A stretch of DNA of 64,000 bases, taken from Zestosphaera sp. Lineage in GTDB: Archaea > Thermoproteota > Thermoprotei_A > Sulfolobales > NBVN01. The translations under genes and the position numbers were made by a program. The notes beneath the pieces are model-generated. The model searched no databases and was not told the origin of the DNA. It worked only from the letters and a program-made list of their open reading frames with translations. This document shows, piece by piece, positions 1 through 10,157 of this stretch. The stretch lies in NCBI GenBank assembly GCA_038727705.1, contig JAVYVJ010000002.1:359051-423050 (forward strand), read 5' to 3'. Position 1 is the stretch's first letter. Every line of letters begins with the position of its first letter.

Positions 1-393
1 GTACGACTTAACCACCTTCACCTGAGAACTGGCTGCAGGCCCTATGACCACCTTAATCCCCTGCTGAGCGAAGCTCTGAACGTTCTGAAGGGCTTTCTCC
101 TCGACAGTGCCGTCGTCCAGTATCACAGACCTGAACTCAACGTTGAATCCGTAGGCCTGAACCTCCCTGTTTAGATCCTCTATCGCCAACTGAACCACCT
201 TCTCCCACATCTTGCCGATGGAGGAGAGCTCCCCCGATAGCGGGAGCGTGAACCCTATACTGTAGGTCTTCTTAGCAGGGGTCAGTGTGACGGTCGTGGT
301 AACTCCGCCAGCACCGCCTACCGCGGCGGACAGGGCGTAGCCGGCCGCCAACCCTATTATCAGAGCTATCGCGATGAGCGCTACTGACCTCAT
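1..393 (-). CDS. ABC-type substrate-binding protein (LivJ/LivK-like, PBP1), N-terminal part; the gene runs off the left edge
   Basis: Hand translation of the reverse strand from ATG at 393 gives MRSVALIAIALIIGLAAGYALSAAVGG...KKTYSIGFTLPLSGELSSIGKMWEKVVQLAIEDLNREV...GIKVVIGPAASSQV. That is a membrane anchor followed by the IG-x3-PLSG and VIGP-x2-S pattern of Leu/Ile/Val-type binding proteins. It is absent from the ORF track because the window edge truncates it. An alternative in-frame ATG lies at 405. Confidence 0.6.
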   Translation of the reverse strand, partial: MRSVALIAIALIIGLAAGYALSAAVGGAGGVTTTVTLTPAKKTYSIGFTLPLSGELSSIGKMWEKVVQLAIEDLNREVQAYGFNVEFRSVILDDGTVEEKALQNVQSFAQQGIKVVIGPAASSQVKVVKSY

Positions 394-813
394 ATCCAGT
401 GCCATACCCGAGACACCTCAGGTTACTACTGACATCTATGTTTTTAAGCTTTTCTGTTGACAGAATGAAATAACTGCAATGACTCCTGGATATGTTACAT
501 AATCGTTGAACAAGACCTCTACATATGATGGAAATCATTATTTATATAACTTTTACAATTGAAAGCCTTACCACCTAACATAAACTCAACTAGATGAAAG
601 AATCGTGAAGTCTTTACGTTCCGCTAGTAATTTGCGGTAAAACTGTTAGGCAATATTATGTTGAGGTTCGTCAAAACAGCCCTTAGGGTGAGGAGGGCTG
701 CTTTCTTTGCTGGTGTTTTAGGAAGGGTTTGTAGGAGGCCTTGCGTCGCTAGGCTCGGCAACCGCCAACGAACCCGCAGGGGTATCTCTGGGGTAAGGTG
801 GAAGCCCCTGAAT

Positions 814-837
814 GAAGAGAGGGGCGGGGGTTAAAAC
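814..837. repeat. diverged, inverted copy of the 25-nt repeat
   Basis: The reverse complement of 814-837 is GTTTTAACCCCCGCCCCTCTCTTC. It shares GTT..AA and the 12-nt core CCCCCGCCCCTC with the 34.6-kb repeats. Confidence 0.45.
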
Positions 838-913
838 ATCTGGAGGCGAGCGCGGCCAGAGTGTAGTTGCTGAGGTGCTCGAGGGAGTGTTGAGTTTTGA
901 TTTTGCTTGAGCC

Positions 914-2380
914 TTAAGCCCCTTTCCCTTCTGAGAGGAGTCTTCTAGCGCAGTGCACTAGAGTGATCACTAGGAGGTTTGAGGCGAGTCCCCACACTAT
1001 GCCGTGTATTCCAAGCGGTTCTAGCTTCCATCCGTAGTACCTCATTAAGGCGAATATCCCTAACACCGTTAATTCGCCTGCTATCAGGCCGCTCGTCACC
1101 TCATGCTTTCTAAGGCTTTTCCAGAAGATACCTATGAAAAGGCCTGGCAGTAGTTGAGCCACACCTGCATAACCTACCAGGAGTAAATCCACTAAGAGTG
1201 CGGGGGAAGTGTATGCTAGGATCGTCGATACTACGCCTAAGCCCGCCACCGCCACTCTAGTGATGTTTATCAATTCCTTATCACCTATCTTAGGTTTGAA
1301 GACCTGCTGTATCAGGTTTCTCGAGATGGTGCTCGCTTGATCCAGGAGTATACCTGCGGCGGTGGAGAGCGATGCTGCAGCGCCGCCAGCGGCTATTAAG
1401 CCCAAGACGCTTGGCCCGAACGACAGGCCAACCAGGTTGAGGAATGCGTAGTCCGAGGACCTCAGCTTGATGCCTAGAGCGAGGGCGACTAAGCCCATGT
1501 GCGTGACCCACAGAGATCCCAGTATTAAATACCATGAGTTGAGAACCATGCCCTTCTTGAGCACTTTAACGTCCTTAGCCGTGAATAAGGTCTGGACTCT
1601 CTGAGACCAGCACCAGAAGCCTAACCCAGTCCCAACGACTGATGAAATGAACCAGGTTTCAGGCCTTAACCCTCCGGGGCCTGGGAGGGTCAGGTGTGCT
1701 GGGGACACGGACGCTACGGCATCGTAGAGGCCCGGCAGGCCGCCGAAATACTTCAGTATTAAGGCCCAACTACCGCCGAACATTGTTACGAGCATTATCG
1801 CCCCCAGGAACACGTTAGTAAGGGCTATGGACACCATGCCCCCCAGGAAGACGTACAGGATAACGAGACCGAGGACAGCCACGGAAAGGTGTAGTGAGGG
1901 CAGCATGCCGTACGACACTGTGTCCAATATTATCGAAACCGCTTGAATCTGTAGCTGAACGTACGGGATCTGAAAGACTATGGACACTATCGCGGCCAGA
2001 ACCATCAGCAGTTTGCTGTCATACCTCCACATAATGAAGTCGGAGAGCGTCATCAGATTATGTTTCTTAGCTAAGCTCCAGACGCGCGGCGCCAACAGGT
2101 ACCCAGCAACGTACCCCAGCAGTGAAGTGCCCCAGGCAAACATGGTGGCCGCCCCGTAGGTGTAGGAATATCCTGCAGTGCCCAGGAACGTGTAGCCGCT
2201 GTAGATGACTGCCGCGGAGTTCAGGAAAAACACTATAGTCCCTAACGTCCTCCCAGCGACTATATAAGTGTCAGCCCTTAAGGTCTTTAACCTCAGCCTC
2301 GAAGTTATTAACCCTATAGCCACCGATATGAAGATAACTGAGAGGACTATCGACGACGCGATGATTGGATCCTGATTCAA
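914..2380 (-). CDS. sodium:solute symporter (SSS/SSF) family transporter
   Basis: 488 aa, polytopic and hydrophobic throughout, Gly/Ala-rich helices, overall SSF-like layout. Paralogous in architecture to 12687..14237, and both are preceded by a small TM ORF. Confidence 0.8.
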   Translation of the reverse strand: MNQDPIIASSIVLSVIFISVAIGLITSRLRLKTLRADTYIVAGRTLGTIVFFLNSAAVIYSGYTFLGTAGYSYTYGAATMFAWGTSLLGYVAGYLLAPRVWSLAKKHNLMTLSDFIMWRYDSKLLMVLAAIVSIVFQIPYVQLQIQAVSIILDTVSYGMLPSLHLSVAVLGLVILYVFLGGMVSIALTNVFLGAIMLVTMFGGSWALILKYFGGLPGLYDAVASVSPAHLTLPGPGGLRPETWFISSVVGTGLGFWCWSQRVQTLFTAKDVKVLKKGMVLNSWYLILGSLWVTHMGLVALALGIKLRSSDYAFLNLVGLSFGPSVLGLIAAGGAAASLSTAAGILLDQASTISRNLIQQVFKPKIGDKELINITRVAVAGLGVVSTILAYTSPALLVDLLLVGYAGVAQLLPGLFIGIFWKSLRKHEVTSGLIAGELTVLGIFALMRYYGWKLEPLGIHGIVWGLASNLLVITLVHCARRLLSEGKGA

Positions 2381-2387
2381 GCCTCCC

Positions 2388-2612
2388 TCACCTCTCTAGC
2401 GTGTAGAGGATTGTCAACGCGGTTGCCGTGATCACCGAGACGAGTATGTAGTAGAACCAGAGTAAAGGAAGTCCCAAAACCTTAACATCAGCCCTATTGA
2501 CGAAGGGCAGCAGGACAGTCCAGAGGACGTATATGGCTATCCCTACGATCACCTGGTGAGCCTTAGGTCCTGAAGGAGCTTCCTCCAAGACACCACCCGT
2601 AGAATAAAGCAC
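2388..2612 (-). CDS. small 2-TM membrane protein, putative SSS-transporter accessory subunit (DUF3311-like)
   Basis: 74 aa with two hydrophobic helices. It ends 8 nt upstream of the symporter start. The same arrangement recurs at 14230..14448. Confidence 0.5.
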   Translation of the reverse strand: MLYSTGGVLEEAPSGPKAHQVIVGIAIYVLWTVLLPFVNRADVKVLGLPLLWFYYILVSVITATALTILYTLER

Positions 2613-2701
2613 GTTGAATTAAAAAGTTTTCTACGACATCCAACCTGAGTGATTTCCTTAAATATTCTCCCTAACAAACATCTTTATTAGAGTGTGCGAG
2701 A

Positions 2702-3613
2702 GTGACCATAGTTAATGAGTTTAGTGTAGCCTCCCCGCTGGATGCTAGTGAAGTTCTCACCATCCTAGCGGACCTCCAGCTCCACTTGAGTCTGTGGCCC
2801 GTTCTGGAGTCTCTAGCTGAGGTGTTAAGCGATAATGAGGTCTTAGCTGATCTGAAGGTGGGGGATTCCCTGAGCCGGGTACACCTTAAGATGAGCACAA
2901 GTAAAGAGGGTGAAGTTGCGGTCATAACGGTGGAGGGGCACGATGACTTGAGTTTGGAACTCAGGCTGAGCGTCGTGGGCAGGAAGTTGGTCGGCAGGCC
3001 CCTGACCTTAATTAGGGGGAGGATCGTGGTCAAGTCGGCCAACGAGAAGGCTCTGAAGCCGTACATTAAGACATTCGTTGAAGCCTATCAGAACAGGCTG
3101 ATCGGCGCGCTACCTACAGTACTTGATGCGTGGAGGAAGGGACTCGTCAAGAAGATGGGAGTGAGGGCCGCGGCACCGCCGCCGGTGGAGGCAGCCCCTA
3201 AAGAGCTACCTAAACGTGAGGAACTTCCTAAGCCTGAACTCAAGCTGGAGGGTGTGAACGTAGTAACGAGCCCCACAGCCCTTGATGATGAGGTGCTGGT
3301 AAGCAACATAATCCTTAAGTCCCACATCTTAAGCACGGTGAAGGAAGAGCTCAGCGGCCTCGAACTCCTGAGGAGATTAAGCGAAATGTACACCGGAACG
3401 GGACTTAAAACCCTCTACACACTCGCGATAGACGCTGAGGGCAACAAAGTCAGGGTATTGTTTAGAGATGATGCCATCGTGGGAGTTAGGGTTGAGCTAC
3501 GGGAAGGCACCATCATTAGCGGCGTAGATGCGGTGAAGAGGCTTAAGGAGCTGGACAAGAAGGTCTGGAGGATCTCCACCTATTCAATACCTAAGGAACT
3601 GTTTTCATCGTGA
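2702..3613 (+). CDS. hypothetical two-domain protein (N-terminal SRPBCC/CoxG-like fold suspected, Pro/Glu/Lys-rich linker, C-terminal alpha/beta domain)
   Basis: 303-aa ORF with good coding look. The linker is AAAPPPVEAAPKELPKREELPKPELK. The N-terminal 150 aa has the alternating beta/long terminal helix pattern of SRPBCC proteins, which is inference only. Confidence 0.55.
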   Translation: MTIVNEFSVASPLDASEVLTILADLQLHLSLWPVLESLAEVLSDNEVLADLKVGDSLSRVHLKMSTSKEGEVAVITVEGHDDLSLELRLSVVGRKLVGRPLTLIRGRIVVKSANEKALKPYIKTFVEAYQNRLIGALPTVLDAWRKGLVKKMGVRAAAPPPVEAAPKELPKREELPKPELKLEGVNVVTSPTALDDEVLVSNIILKSHILSTVKEELSGLELLRRLSEMYTGTGLKTLYTLAIDAEGNKVRVLFRDDAIVGVRVELREGTIISGVDAVKRLKELDKKVWRISTYSIPKELFSS

Positions 3614-3855
3614 TCTTAATGACCCCTCGATGCCCCTCCGCCGTTTCGGCATCACTAACGCAAAAAAACGTTAATTGACGCGGCTGGAAGAGCTTCGGCG
3701 AGCTTAGTGAGAGAGGTAACACGTCCCTCATTCATAGTTATGTCATGTGAGGAATTCTTGCCGCTAGGTAGGGAAGGAGATCCGCTCTTAAGCCGGGGTC
3801 TTCTCCCACACTAAAAGGCAGATTTTATCCGTTGAGACCGTGTGCGTCAACAGTC

Positions 3856-4533
3856 CTAAACCTTCTCGTGGTGCGGCCCCACGCTTCTTGAAATGTTCCT
3901 GATGAGGAAGCGAAGGGATTCAAGCAGTTCACGCACTGAACCTAACTCAGGTTTGGACACCACCTCAACTGCATTAAGCTCCTTGTATGCTGAAAGCTTG
4001 TAGATGGGTTTGGAGGTTGTGTCCACTATTCTGTTAAGCAGACCAACATCCTTAGGCTCCTCGTAGAAGACTTCGTAAATCCCTCTCGCAGTGCTTACTG
4101 TGGTCTTACTCAGCCTTTCTAGGCGTTCCCCAAGATCCTTTGCCAGGGTGTTCATAAGTCTTGACTCACCCCTCTTGACCGCGTGCAGATCCCTCAGAAC
4201 GTTTCTCCCGGTGAGCTCCAACATTATGGTTACCCTATCGTCGTGTCTCAACGCCTTGGCTACTGGGTAGTAGAAGAAGGAGTATCTGGGTGTGGTCGTG
4301 AGCAGTACGTAGGCCCTCCTCCCTTCACCGAGTTCGTACACGGCCTTATACCCGACGAGGTACCCTAGGAGGGTGTACTCCTTATCCCTAGGCCTCAGTT
4401 CCCTCTCCAACTCCTCAGTGAAATCCTTCATGAACTTAATCATCCTCCTCCTCATTCTGAAGTACCATAATGCGGCAGCGACCGACACTGCCATCAAAAC
4501 TGAGATCGCGATCGCTTCAAAGAGAGTGTTCAT
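3856..4533 (-). CDS. hypothetical N-terminally membrane-anchored protein (third gene of the ArsA-like operon)
   Basis: 225 aa with a single N-terminal TM (AIAISVLMAVSVAAALWYF) followed by RMRRR and a soluble domain. Its start overlaps the stop of the ArsA-like gene (ATGA). Confidence 0.6.
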   Translation of the reverse strand: MNTLFEAIAISVLMAVSVAAALWYFRMRRRMIKFMKDFTEELERELRPRDKEYTLLGYLVGYKAVYELGEGRRAYVLLTTTPRYSFFYYPVAKALRHDDRVTIMLELTGRNVLRDLHAVKRGESRLMNTLAKDLGERLERLSKTTVSTARGIYEVFYEEPKDVGLLNRIVDTTSKPIYKLSAYKELNAVEVVSKPELGSVRELLESLRFLIRNISRSVGPHHEKV

Positions 4534-5495
4534 GCATACCCCCTGACTACAACTACAGTGTCTCTTAACTTAACTATATCCTCAAGACTGGAAGGTGGGC
4601 TGCTGGCATGCGGGATCATGATGGACCTGCATTCTATAGACCTGAACTCCCTGAGCGTCTCCGCCTGCTCGGCGTAAGTTCCCAGACTAGCGGCCACTTC
4701 ATCTGGAAGGACTTTATTCATCACTAAGAGCTTAGGTTTAATGGTTAACTCGTTTTCTAGGAAGTTGAGGATCTCCCTCAGCTCGAACATCGGCAGGGGT
4801 TCCGGGTTCGTGACTACTATGTACGACGTTCTTAAGGGATTGCTTAGCACCTCCTTGACTCTGGAGTATGTGTTCTTCAGTTCGTAGAGTTTTTTCAACG
4901 CTGGGTCCCTCATCTCGAACTCCTTGCCGAGGGTCTTAGCTATGACGTATCTGAGTGACACTATCCTCTCCCTGATGTTGATCAGCTTGTCGAGCCAGAG
5001 CAGGTAGAGCCTCGGCAGGGCTAGGGTTCTGAGGGAGACGCCTGTCGGCGGCGTGTCGACCACGACATGCTTATAACCTTTGTCCCCGTACGTGTCAGCC
5101 AGCCACCTTAGAAACACCTCCTCCTCCACCCCTGGCGCATACTTCATGGCTTTAGTGACGTCCTCCAGGTTGAGGACTGTAAGTGACGGAAACATCTCAG
5201 CCATGAGGTCTGAGTAGCTCGACATCAACTTCCTGGCTGAAGCCTCTATGTCCAGCTGGCATGCCGAGAGGTTCTCCGCAACCTCCACGGTCTCCATAGG
5301 CTTGCGTAAGCCAAGGTACTTCAGTATGTGTTTAGCCGGGTCGAAACTCACTAGGAGGGTCCTGCCCTGAGACCTCAACTCGTTAGCTACTAAAATGGAT
5401 GTCGAGGTCTTGCCGACGCCGCCCTTCCCCAACACCACGATTACGTGAGGCTCCCCTTCAAGGGGCTTAAGCAACTCAGTTAAAACACTCACCAC
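4530..5495 (-). CDS. ArsA/Get3-family P-loop ATPase
   Basis: Deviant Walker A GKGGVGKTS, DPAKH (DPAH-like), PGVEEE switch region, DTPPTGVSLRTL (DTAPTGHTL-like). 321 aa. Confidence 0.85.
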   Translation of the reverse strand: MVSVLTELLKPLEGEPHVIVVLGKGGVGKTSTSILVANELRSQGRTLLVSFDPAKHILKYLGLRKPMETVEVAENLSACQLDIEASARKLMSSYSDLMAEMFPSLTVLNLEDVTKAMKYAPGVEEEVFLRWLADTYGDKGYKHVVVDTPPTGVSLRTLALPRLYLLWLDKLINIRERIVSLRYVIAKTLGKEFEMRDPALKKLYELKNTYSRVKEVLSNPLRTSYIVVTNPEPLPMFELREILNFLENELTIKPKLLVMNKVLPDEVAASLGTYAEQAETLREFRSIECRSIMIPHASSPPSSLEDIVKLRDTVVVVRGYA

Positions 5496-5782
5496 TCGCC
5501 ACCCAAGGAGGACATGAGGTCCCCTAGGACATCACCACCCCTCACAGCCCTAGACTCAAGGATTTTCAACTCACTCTTGAGGGCGTCGAGCAATTCTAGA
5601 CTGAGAATCGGGGAGACGGTCCTAACGCCTACCAGAGTCCCTAGAATCATCGTTACAAACGCTGCCTCCAGCTCGTTGTGCTCCAGCACTAGCGCGCTGA
5701 CGCTCTCCTCTAATATGGCTTGGTTGATACCCTTGATAAAGGCGATCACCTCGCTTAAGATTCTCCTCATTAACCTAAGCAA
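5489..5782 (-). CDS. hypothetical small helical protein (first gene of the ArsA-like operon)
   Basis: 97-aa ORF that overlaps the ArsA-like start by 7 nt. No recognisable motif. Confidence 0.45.
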   Translation of the reverse strand: MLRLMRRILSEVIAFIKGINQAILEESVSALVLEHNELEAAFVTMILGTLVGVRTVSPILSLELLDALKSELKILESRAVRGGDVLGDLMSSLGGEW

Positions 5783-5886
5783 CCTACACCCCCCTTATTC
5801 TCGCCACTGCAACTATTAAAACATTGCCCGCTAGCTAAACGGAGTTTGTATGAGGGGTTCGAGTTTAATAAAAAACGTTGAAGGGT

Positions 5887-7737
5887 TTATTTAGCCCTTC
5901 TTAACCCGCTCACGAACAGCCCTATCAGCAGGAAGTCAAGCACTACCGACACAGCCACAATCGTTCCTGCACCAGCTTGGTAGAGTGGCGGTAGGCCGGG
6001 AACCACTGCGTAGAGCCACCATATGAGGCCGACTGTGACAGTCACCCACAGGAAGAGTGCCGGGATCATTAAAAGCAGTGAGGTACCCCCTCTAACCTTC
6101 TGTATTGCGTAGGCCCACAGCGTGGCAGTGAGTAGGGCAAGGGCGGCGAGCAACTGGTTAGTGCCTGCGAACGCGGGCCATATGATCGAGTACGCGTAGA
6201 CGGTCGTGACCCTGTTAAGCTCTGGTATGAAGACCTCTATCTTGGGGTAGGCCATGATCGCGCCGAAGACCACCGGTATTATTGAAGCAACCCATCTATT
6301 TGTTAACGCCTTATAAGCTGACTCGCTCTTAGGCTTGAGCCAATCGAAGAGCTCTCTCCAAGCGAACCTGGCCAACCTGTTGCTCGTGTCCAGAGTGGTC
6401 ATCACAAATCCTGAGAGTGCCCACGCAGCGAAAGTCCTGAACGTCAGGAACGCGCTCTCAAACACTCCGGGGCCGAAGATCCTTGACCAAGCCACTGCCT
6501 GCTCCAAGCCGTAGCCGACCAGGAATCTATCCGTTCCAGCAAGTCCTGTGATGACTGGGACTGTCGTAGTGTTTATGCCTGCCTTCAGAAGCGCGCTAGA
6601 TACAGGGAGACCGGTCGCGGAGGCCAGTGATGCGAAGTTCCACGCGAGCGCGATCGGCGTGATCACCGCGAGGGATGAGAGTGCCCCCTCCGTCAACATG
6701 CCTCCGTACCCTACAAGCATCGCGTCCAGTTCGTTCGACAACTGCTTAGAGGTCGTGCCGGACCCAACTACCGAGTGGAATCCTGAGAGGGCCCCGCAAG
6801 CGATAACCAACGGAACTGTGGGCCAGAAGTAAGCTATGTTTGCCTTGCCGGCTGCAGTGCCCGCTATCGCCCCTATTACAGTGCCGGGGGCTGCGAAGCC
6901 TGTGTATATGGGGCCTGTGAAAGTTAGATCCGGTATTATGAACGCACCTATGATCGCAAGACCCACGAAGACCCACAATAGGTACGCGTTTATGTAGTCC
7001 CTAGGCTGCAGAAGGTACCAGACAGGCAGGGCTGCAGCCACTATAGCATAGAGTGAGATGACGACCACCCACGCCTCATAGGTTAGGTAGAGCGGGGTGT
7101 TCAGTGAGTAGAAGAACGCTACAACCAGGAGTATCAACGCTATCGCCGTCCCAGTCTTAACGCTCACCCCGGTCCTGTAGACCAGTAGCCCGAAGACCAG
7201 CGCTATCGGCATGAAGAGAACGGTGATCGTCGCCGCTGTAGGGGTGCCCACAAAGGTTGAGGAAGCCACACTGAAGAACGCCGCCAAAACCAGCACTAGG
7301 GCGAACCAGACGTACGCGAGGAATATGTACTTAGCCTTCCTCCCCATCACGTTCTCACTTATGCTCATTATGGACACGCCGCCGTGTCTCACGCTAGCCA
7401 TAATGGCGAGGTAGTCATGGACCGCGCCTATGAATATGTTTCCGAACAGAACCCATATGAAAGGAAGGCCCCACCCCCACACCATGGCTAAAGCCGGGCC
7501 CGTTATAGGTCCTGCCCCAGCTATTGAGGCGAAGTGATGGCCGTAGAGCACATACTTATTAGCTGGCACGTAGTCAATCCCGTCAAACTTCTCGAAGGCT
7601 GGCGTCATCCTATCCGGGCTGGCCCCCACAACCTTCTTCTCAAGTATTCTCCTCCCATAGAACAAATACGCTAGGCCATACACCGCCAACACAATAACCA
7701 AAACCAATATGACCGGTGAGCCGTCCACCACAACCAC
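5887..7737 (-). CDS. cstA: carbon starvation protein CstA (peptide/pyruvate transporter family)
   Basis: 616 aa and polytopic. Conserved CstA N-terminal block GHHFASIAGAGPITGPALAMVWGWGLPFIWVLFGNIFIGAVHDY. Confidence 0.9.
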   Translation of the reverse strand: MVVVDGSPVILVLVIVLAVYGLAYLFYGRRILEKKVVGASPDRMTPAFEKFDGIDYVPANKYVLYGHHFASIAGAGPITGPALAMVWGWGLPFIWVLFGNIFIGAVHDYLAIMASVRHGGVSIMSISENVMGRKAKYIFLAYVWFALVLVLAAFFSVASSTFVGTPTAATITVLFMPIALVFGLLVYRTGVSVKTGTAIALILLVVAFFYSLNTPLYLTYEAWVVVISLYAIVAAALPVWYLLQPRDYINAYLLWVFVGLAIIGAFIIPDLTFTGPIYTGFAAPGTVIGAIAGTAAGKANIAYFWPTVPLVIACGALSGFHSVVGSGTTSKQLSNELDAMLVGYGGMLTEGALSSLAVITPIALAWNFASLASATGLPVSSALLKAGINTTTVPVITGLAGTDRFLVGYGLEQAVAWSRIFGPGVFESAFLTFRTFAAWALSGFVMTTLDTSNRLARFAWRELFDWLKPKSESAYKALTNRWVASIIPVVFGAIMAYPKIEVFIPELNRVTTVYAYSIIWPAFAGTNQLLAALALLTATLWAYAIQKVRGGTSLLLMIPALFLWVTVTVGLIWWLYAVVPGLPPLYQAGAGTIVAVSVVLDFLLIGLFVSGLRRAK

Positions 7738-7738
7738 C

Positions 7739-7984
7739 CTAACTCAGCTTCCTCCCGGTCTTAGCTTCAACCAGTTTTTTGAGGTTAGCGGGTACCTCAC
7801 CAAGCCACAACGCAGGGCCTAAGATAATCAGCAGGAAGCCTGCGGAGATCAGCAAGGCGTCGGCGGCGACCTGACCCTTGATCCCTATCCCCCCGACCGT
7901 CAGGCCGACGTAGAGTATCTCATAAGCGAATATTAGGAGGCTTAGAATGGTGATCACCAGACCTAAGACCTCCTTGGCGCCCAC
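7739..7984 (-). CDS. small 2-TM membrane protein upstream of cstA
   Basis: 81 aa with two hydrophobic helices. The stop is 1 nt from the cstA start, so co-transcription is likely. Confidence 0.45.
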   Translation of the reverse strand: MGAKEVLGLVITILSLLIFAYEILYVGLTVGGIGIKGQVAADALLISAGFLLIILGPALWLGEVPANLKKLVEAKTGRKLS

Positions 7985-8336
7985 TAAAGATGCACCCCGT
8001 ATAATATTTAGAGTCCCCTCCTTAAAAGCTTTTTATATTAACCTTAGGATGTGGTCCATGATATTTTTACAGTAAAGCAGGGCCGCAACACATCAAACTG
8101 ATCAGCTCGTTCCCGTGATGAAAAGATGGTAACCCGCTAAACACAGGCATTAACATACTGGGTTAGGGATCAAGCTTCATGAAGACCTTGCATAAATTAC
8201 GAACTAGATAAGATGCTCACTAAATCGGCAAACACGTAATGAACTGATCTTCAGCTTAAGCACATCTTATGAAAGAGGGTTTAGCTAATCACCACGTGTT
8301 TAAATTTCTGCATCATTTTTCTGTGGGTGTGGCGCA

Positions 8337-9629
8337 ATGGATGCGAGGCAACTGATTGCGTTGGGTGTTCTGATTTACTTAGTACTCTCCCTCATCCTCA
8401 GGTCCAGGCGTCCTAAGACCCCTGTGTGGGCCCTCATGGCTCTAGCGTCTTCCCTGGTAGTTGTTGGCGGGTTGGTTGAGGTGGATGAGCTGGGTTCCAC
8501 CATAGATCTGGACGTCATACTGTTTCTCATCGGCATGTTCAGCCTGGTCTCCCTCGCCGAGTCCTCCGGTCTCCTGGCCGCTATCTCGTTATCCCTGATC
8601 TCCAGGTTCAGGAGGAGGAGTCACCTGCTCTACGCCGCGTCCCTCCTATTCGGGGTTCTCTCAGCGTTGGCAGTCAACGACACTGTGGCCCTGATGGGGC
8701 CGCCCATAGCGTACGTGATTTCAAGAGCTACCTCCATAGACCCTAAGGCGTTGTTCCTTCTCCTAGCGTTCTCCGTGACTATAGGGTCTGCAATGACCCC
8801 CATAGGGAATCCTCAGAACGTCCTGATAGCTGTTGAGTCAGGCATCGAGGCGCCTTTCCTAACCTTCGTGAAGGTCCTAGCGCTACCCACGCTGGCGAAC
8901 TTAATTCTGACCGCATACATCATCAAGAGGGTATACAGGGTTAGCGATGCCCCGGTAGAGCTCACAGCATTGCCTCAGGAAGCTATAAGCAGCAGGAGAG
9001 ACGCCCTACTGGCTGGGGCAGGACTTGCGGCCGTCATCACAGCGCTCGTGATGAACGACCTCCTCGAGCTCTCCGGCCTCCCACACGTAACTAGCAGGGG
9101 CCTCATACCATTTGTAATAGCCGCCGGCCTCTACGTATTCTCAACAAACCCCAGAGGGCTGCTGAAGTCTGTTGACTGGGGTACCGTGATCTTCTTCATA
9201 ACTATGTTCATAACTATGGATGGTATCTGGCGTAGCGGCGTGCTCCAGCCCCTCTTACTCTACATGGTTCCTACAAGACTCGAAGGTATTCGTAATGTGG
9301 TAGCGATAACCGCTACCTCAGTGATCTTGAGTCAGGCCTTAAGTAACGTGCCCTTCGTCAAGCTGTTCATACACTACATGCAGTCCCTCGGGTATGACTC
9401 AAGCAACACCATTTCATGGATTACGCTGGCCATGTCGTCAACTATAGCGGGTAACTTAACGCTACTGGGGGCAGCGTCCAACATAATAATCCTGGAGGCT
9501 CTGGAGACAAGGCTTCACTACACGATTTCATTCAAAGAATTCACTAAGGTTGGATCCGTAGTCACTTTGGCCAACCTGCTGGTTTATTCAGCGTATTTAA
9601 CACTACTGCACCTCCTTCCCGTCGCTTAA
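8337..9629 (+). CDS. ArsB/NhaD-superfamily anion permease (CitMHS / P-protein-like)
   Basis: 430 aa with about 10-12 TM and an internal two-fold layout. Motifs GSAMTPIGNPQNVLIA and AGNLTLLGAASNIII are typical of this superfamily. Confidence 0.7.
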   Translation: MDARQLIALGVLIYLVLSLILRSRRPKTPVWALMALASSLVVVGGLVEVDELGSTIDLDVILFLIGMFSLVSLAESSGLLAAISLSLISRFRRRSHLLYAASLLFGVLSALAVNDTVALMGPPIAYVISRATSIDPKALFLLLAFSVTIGSAMTPIGNPQNVLIAVESGIEAPFLTFVKVLALPTLANLILTAYIIKRVYRVSDAPVELTALPQEAISSRRDALLAGAGLAAVITALVMNDLLELSGLPHVTSRGLIPFVIAAGLYVFSTNPRGLLKSVDWGTVIFFITMFITMDGIWRSGVLQPLLLYMVPTRLEGIRNVVAITATSVILSQALSNVPFVKLFIHYMQSLGYDSSNTISWITLAMSSTIAGNLTLLGAASNIIILEALETRLHYTISFKEFTKVGSVVTLANLLVYSAYLTLLHLLPVA

Positions 9630-9666
9630 AGTCGAGTTATACTACAACTATGGCAGTGCTTAATAC

Positions 9667-10080
9667 CTACTCAGGCTTCAACAGCCCGACGCTGATGAGC
9701 ACCCTCCTGGTTTGAGTGACGAGCCACCTGTCAGGGTTTGATGACCTGCCTAGCGTCAGTAATTCGCTAACCACTCTGCCCTGCTTCTCGTCAAGCAACA
9801 TTAGCCCGAGCAGGAAGGCCTTCTCCCCAGTAGTTAAGGGCTTGCCGAGCTCGCCGGGGAGTTTCGTGAAAGTGTTGCCCAGGTCGCTTAACCCCCACAC
9901 GTCATCACCGACGTTAGCCGCTAATGGATTCCACCTTAGTAGAACATCCCTCACCCAAGACCCTCTAGGCCGTAAACTGGGGTATTTCTCACGTAGCTTA
10001 ACCCCCACCTCCTTGCGTGCCTTAGGGCCCTCCGCTAGAATCCTAGCTACATCCCTACATCTGACATCCAATACGGGCAA
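9667..10080 (-). CDS. hypothetical protein
   Basis: 137-aa ORF with no recognisable motif. An antisense ORF of similar length (9716..10141) makes the strand choice less certain. Confidence 0.4.
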   Translation of the reverse strand: MPVLDVRCRDVARILAEGPKARKEVGVKLREKYPSLRPRGSWVRDVLLRWNPLAANVGDDVWGLSDLGNTFTKLPGELGKPLTTGEKAFLLGLMLLDEKQGRVVSELLTLGRSSNPDRWLVTQTRRVLISVGLLKPE

Positions 10081-10157
10081 GAGATATCATCCCCTCTATT
10101 TTCTCTATTACAGAGTTTTTAAAGCCCAACCACCCTACTGAGGGTGGAAGGGTTTCC

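Noticed and set aside
272-538. 88-aa minus-strand ORF from the track
   Set aside because: It overlaps, in another frame, the clearly coding N-terminus of the LivJ-like binding protein (ATG at 393). Its own sequence is Arg/Cys-rich with no coding character.
658-834. 58-aa Arg-rich plus-strand ORF ending in the GAGGGGCGGGGG motif
   Set aside because: Its extremely basic, low-complexity composition and lack of any motif suggest a chance ORF in an intergenic region. The embedded repeat copy is the more likely functional element.
8100-8140. GTGATGA / CTGA boxes in the AT-rich cstA / permease divergent region
   Set aside because: The box order and spacing do not fit a C/D sRNA on either strand.
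7985-8336. AT-rich 352-bp divergent intergenic region as a possible replication origin
   Set aside because: No ORB-like or mini-ORB repeats are visible and no initiator gene is adjacent. It is most simply a pair of divergent promoters.
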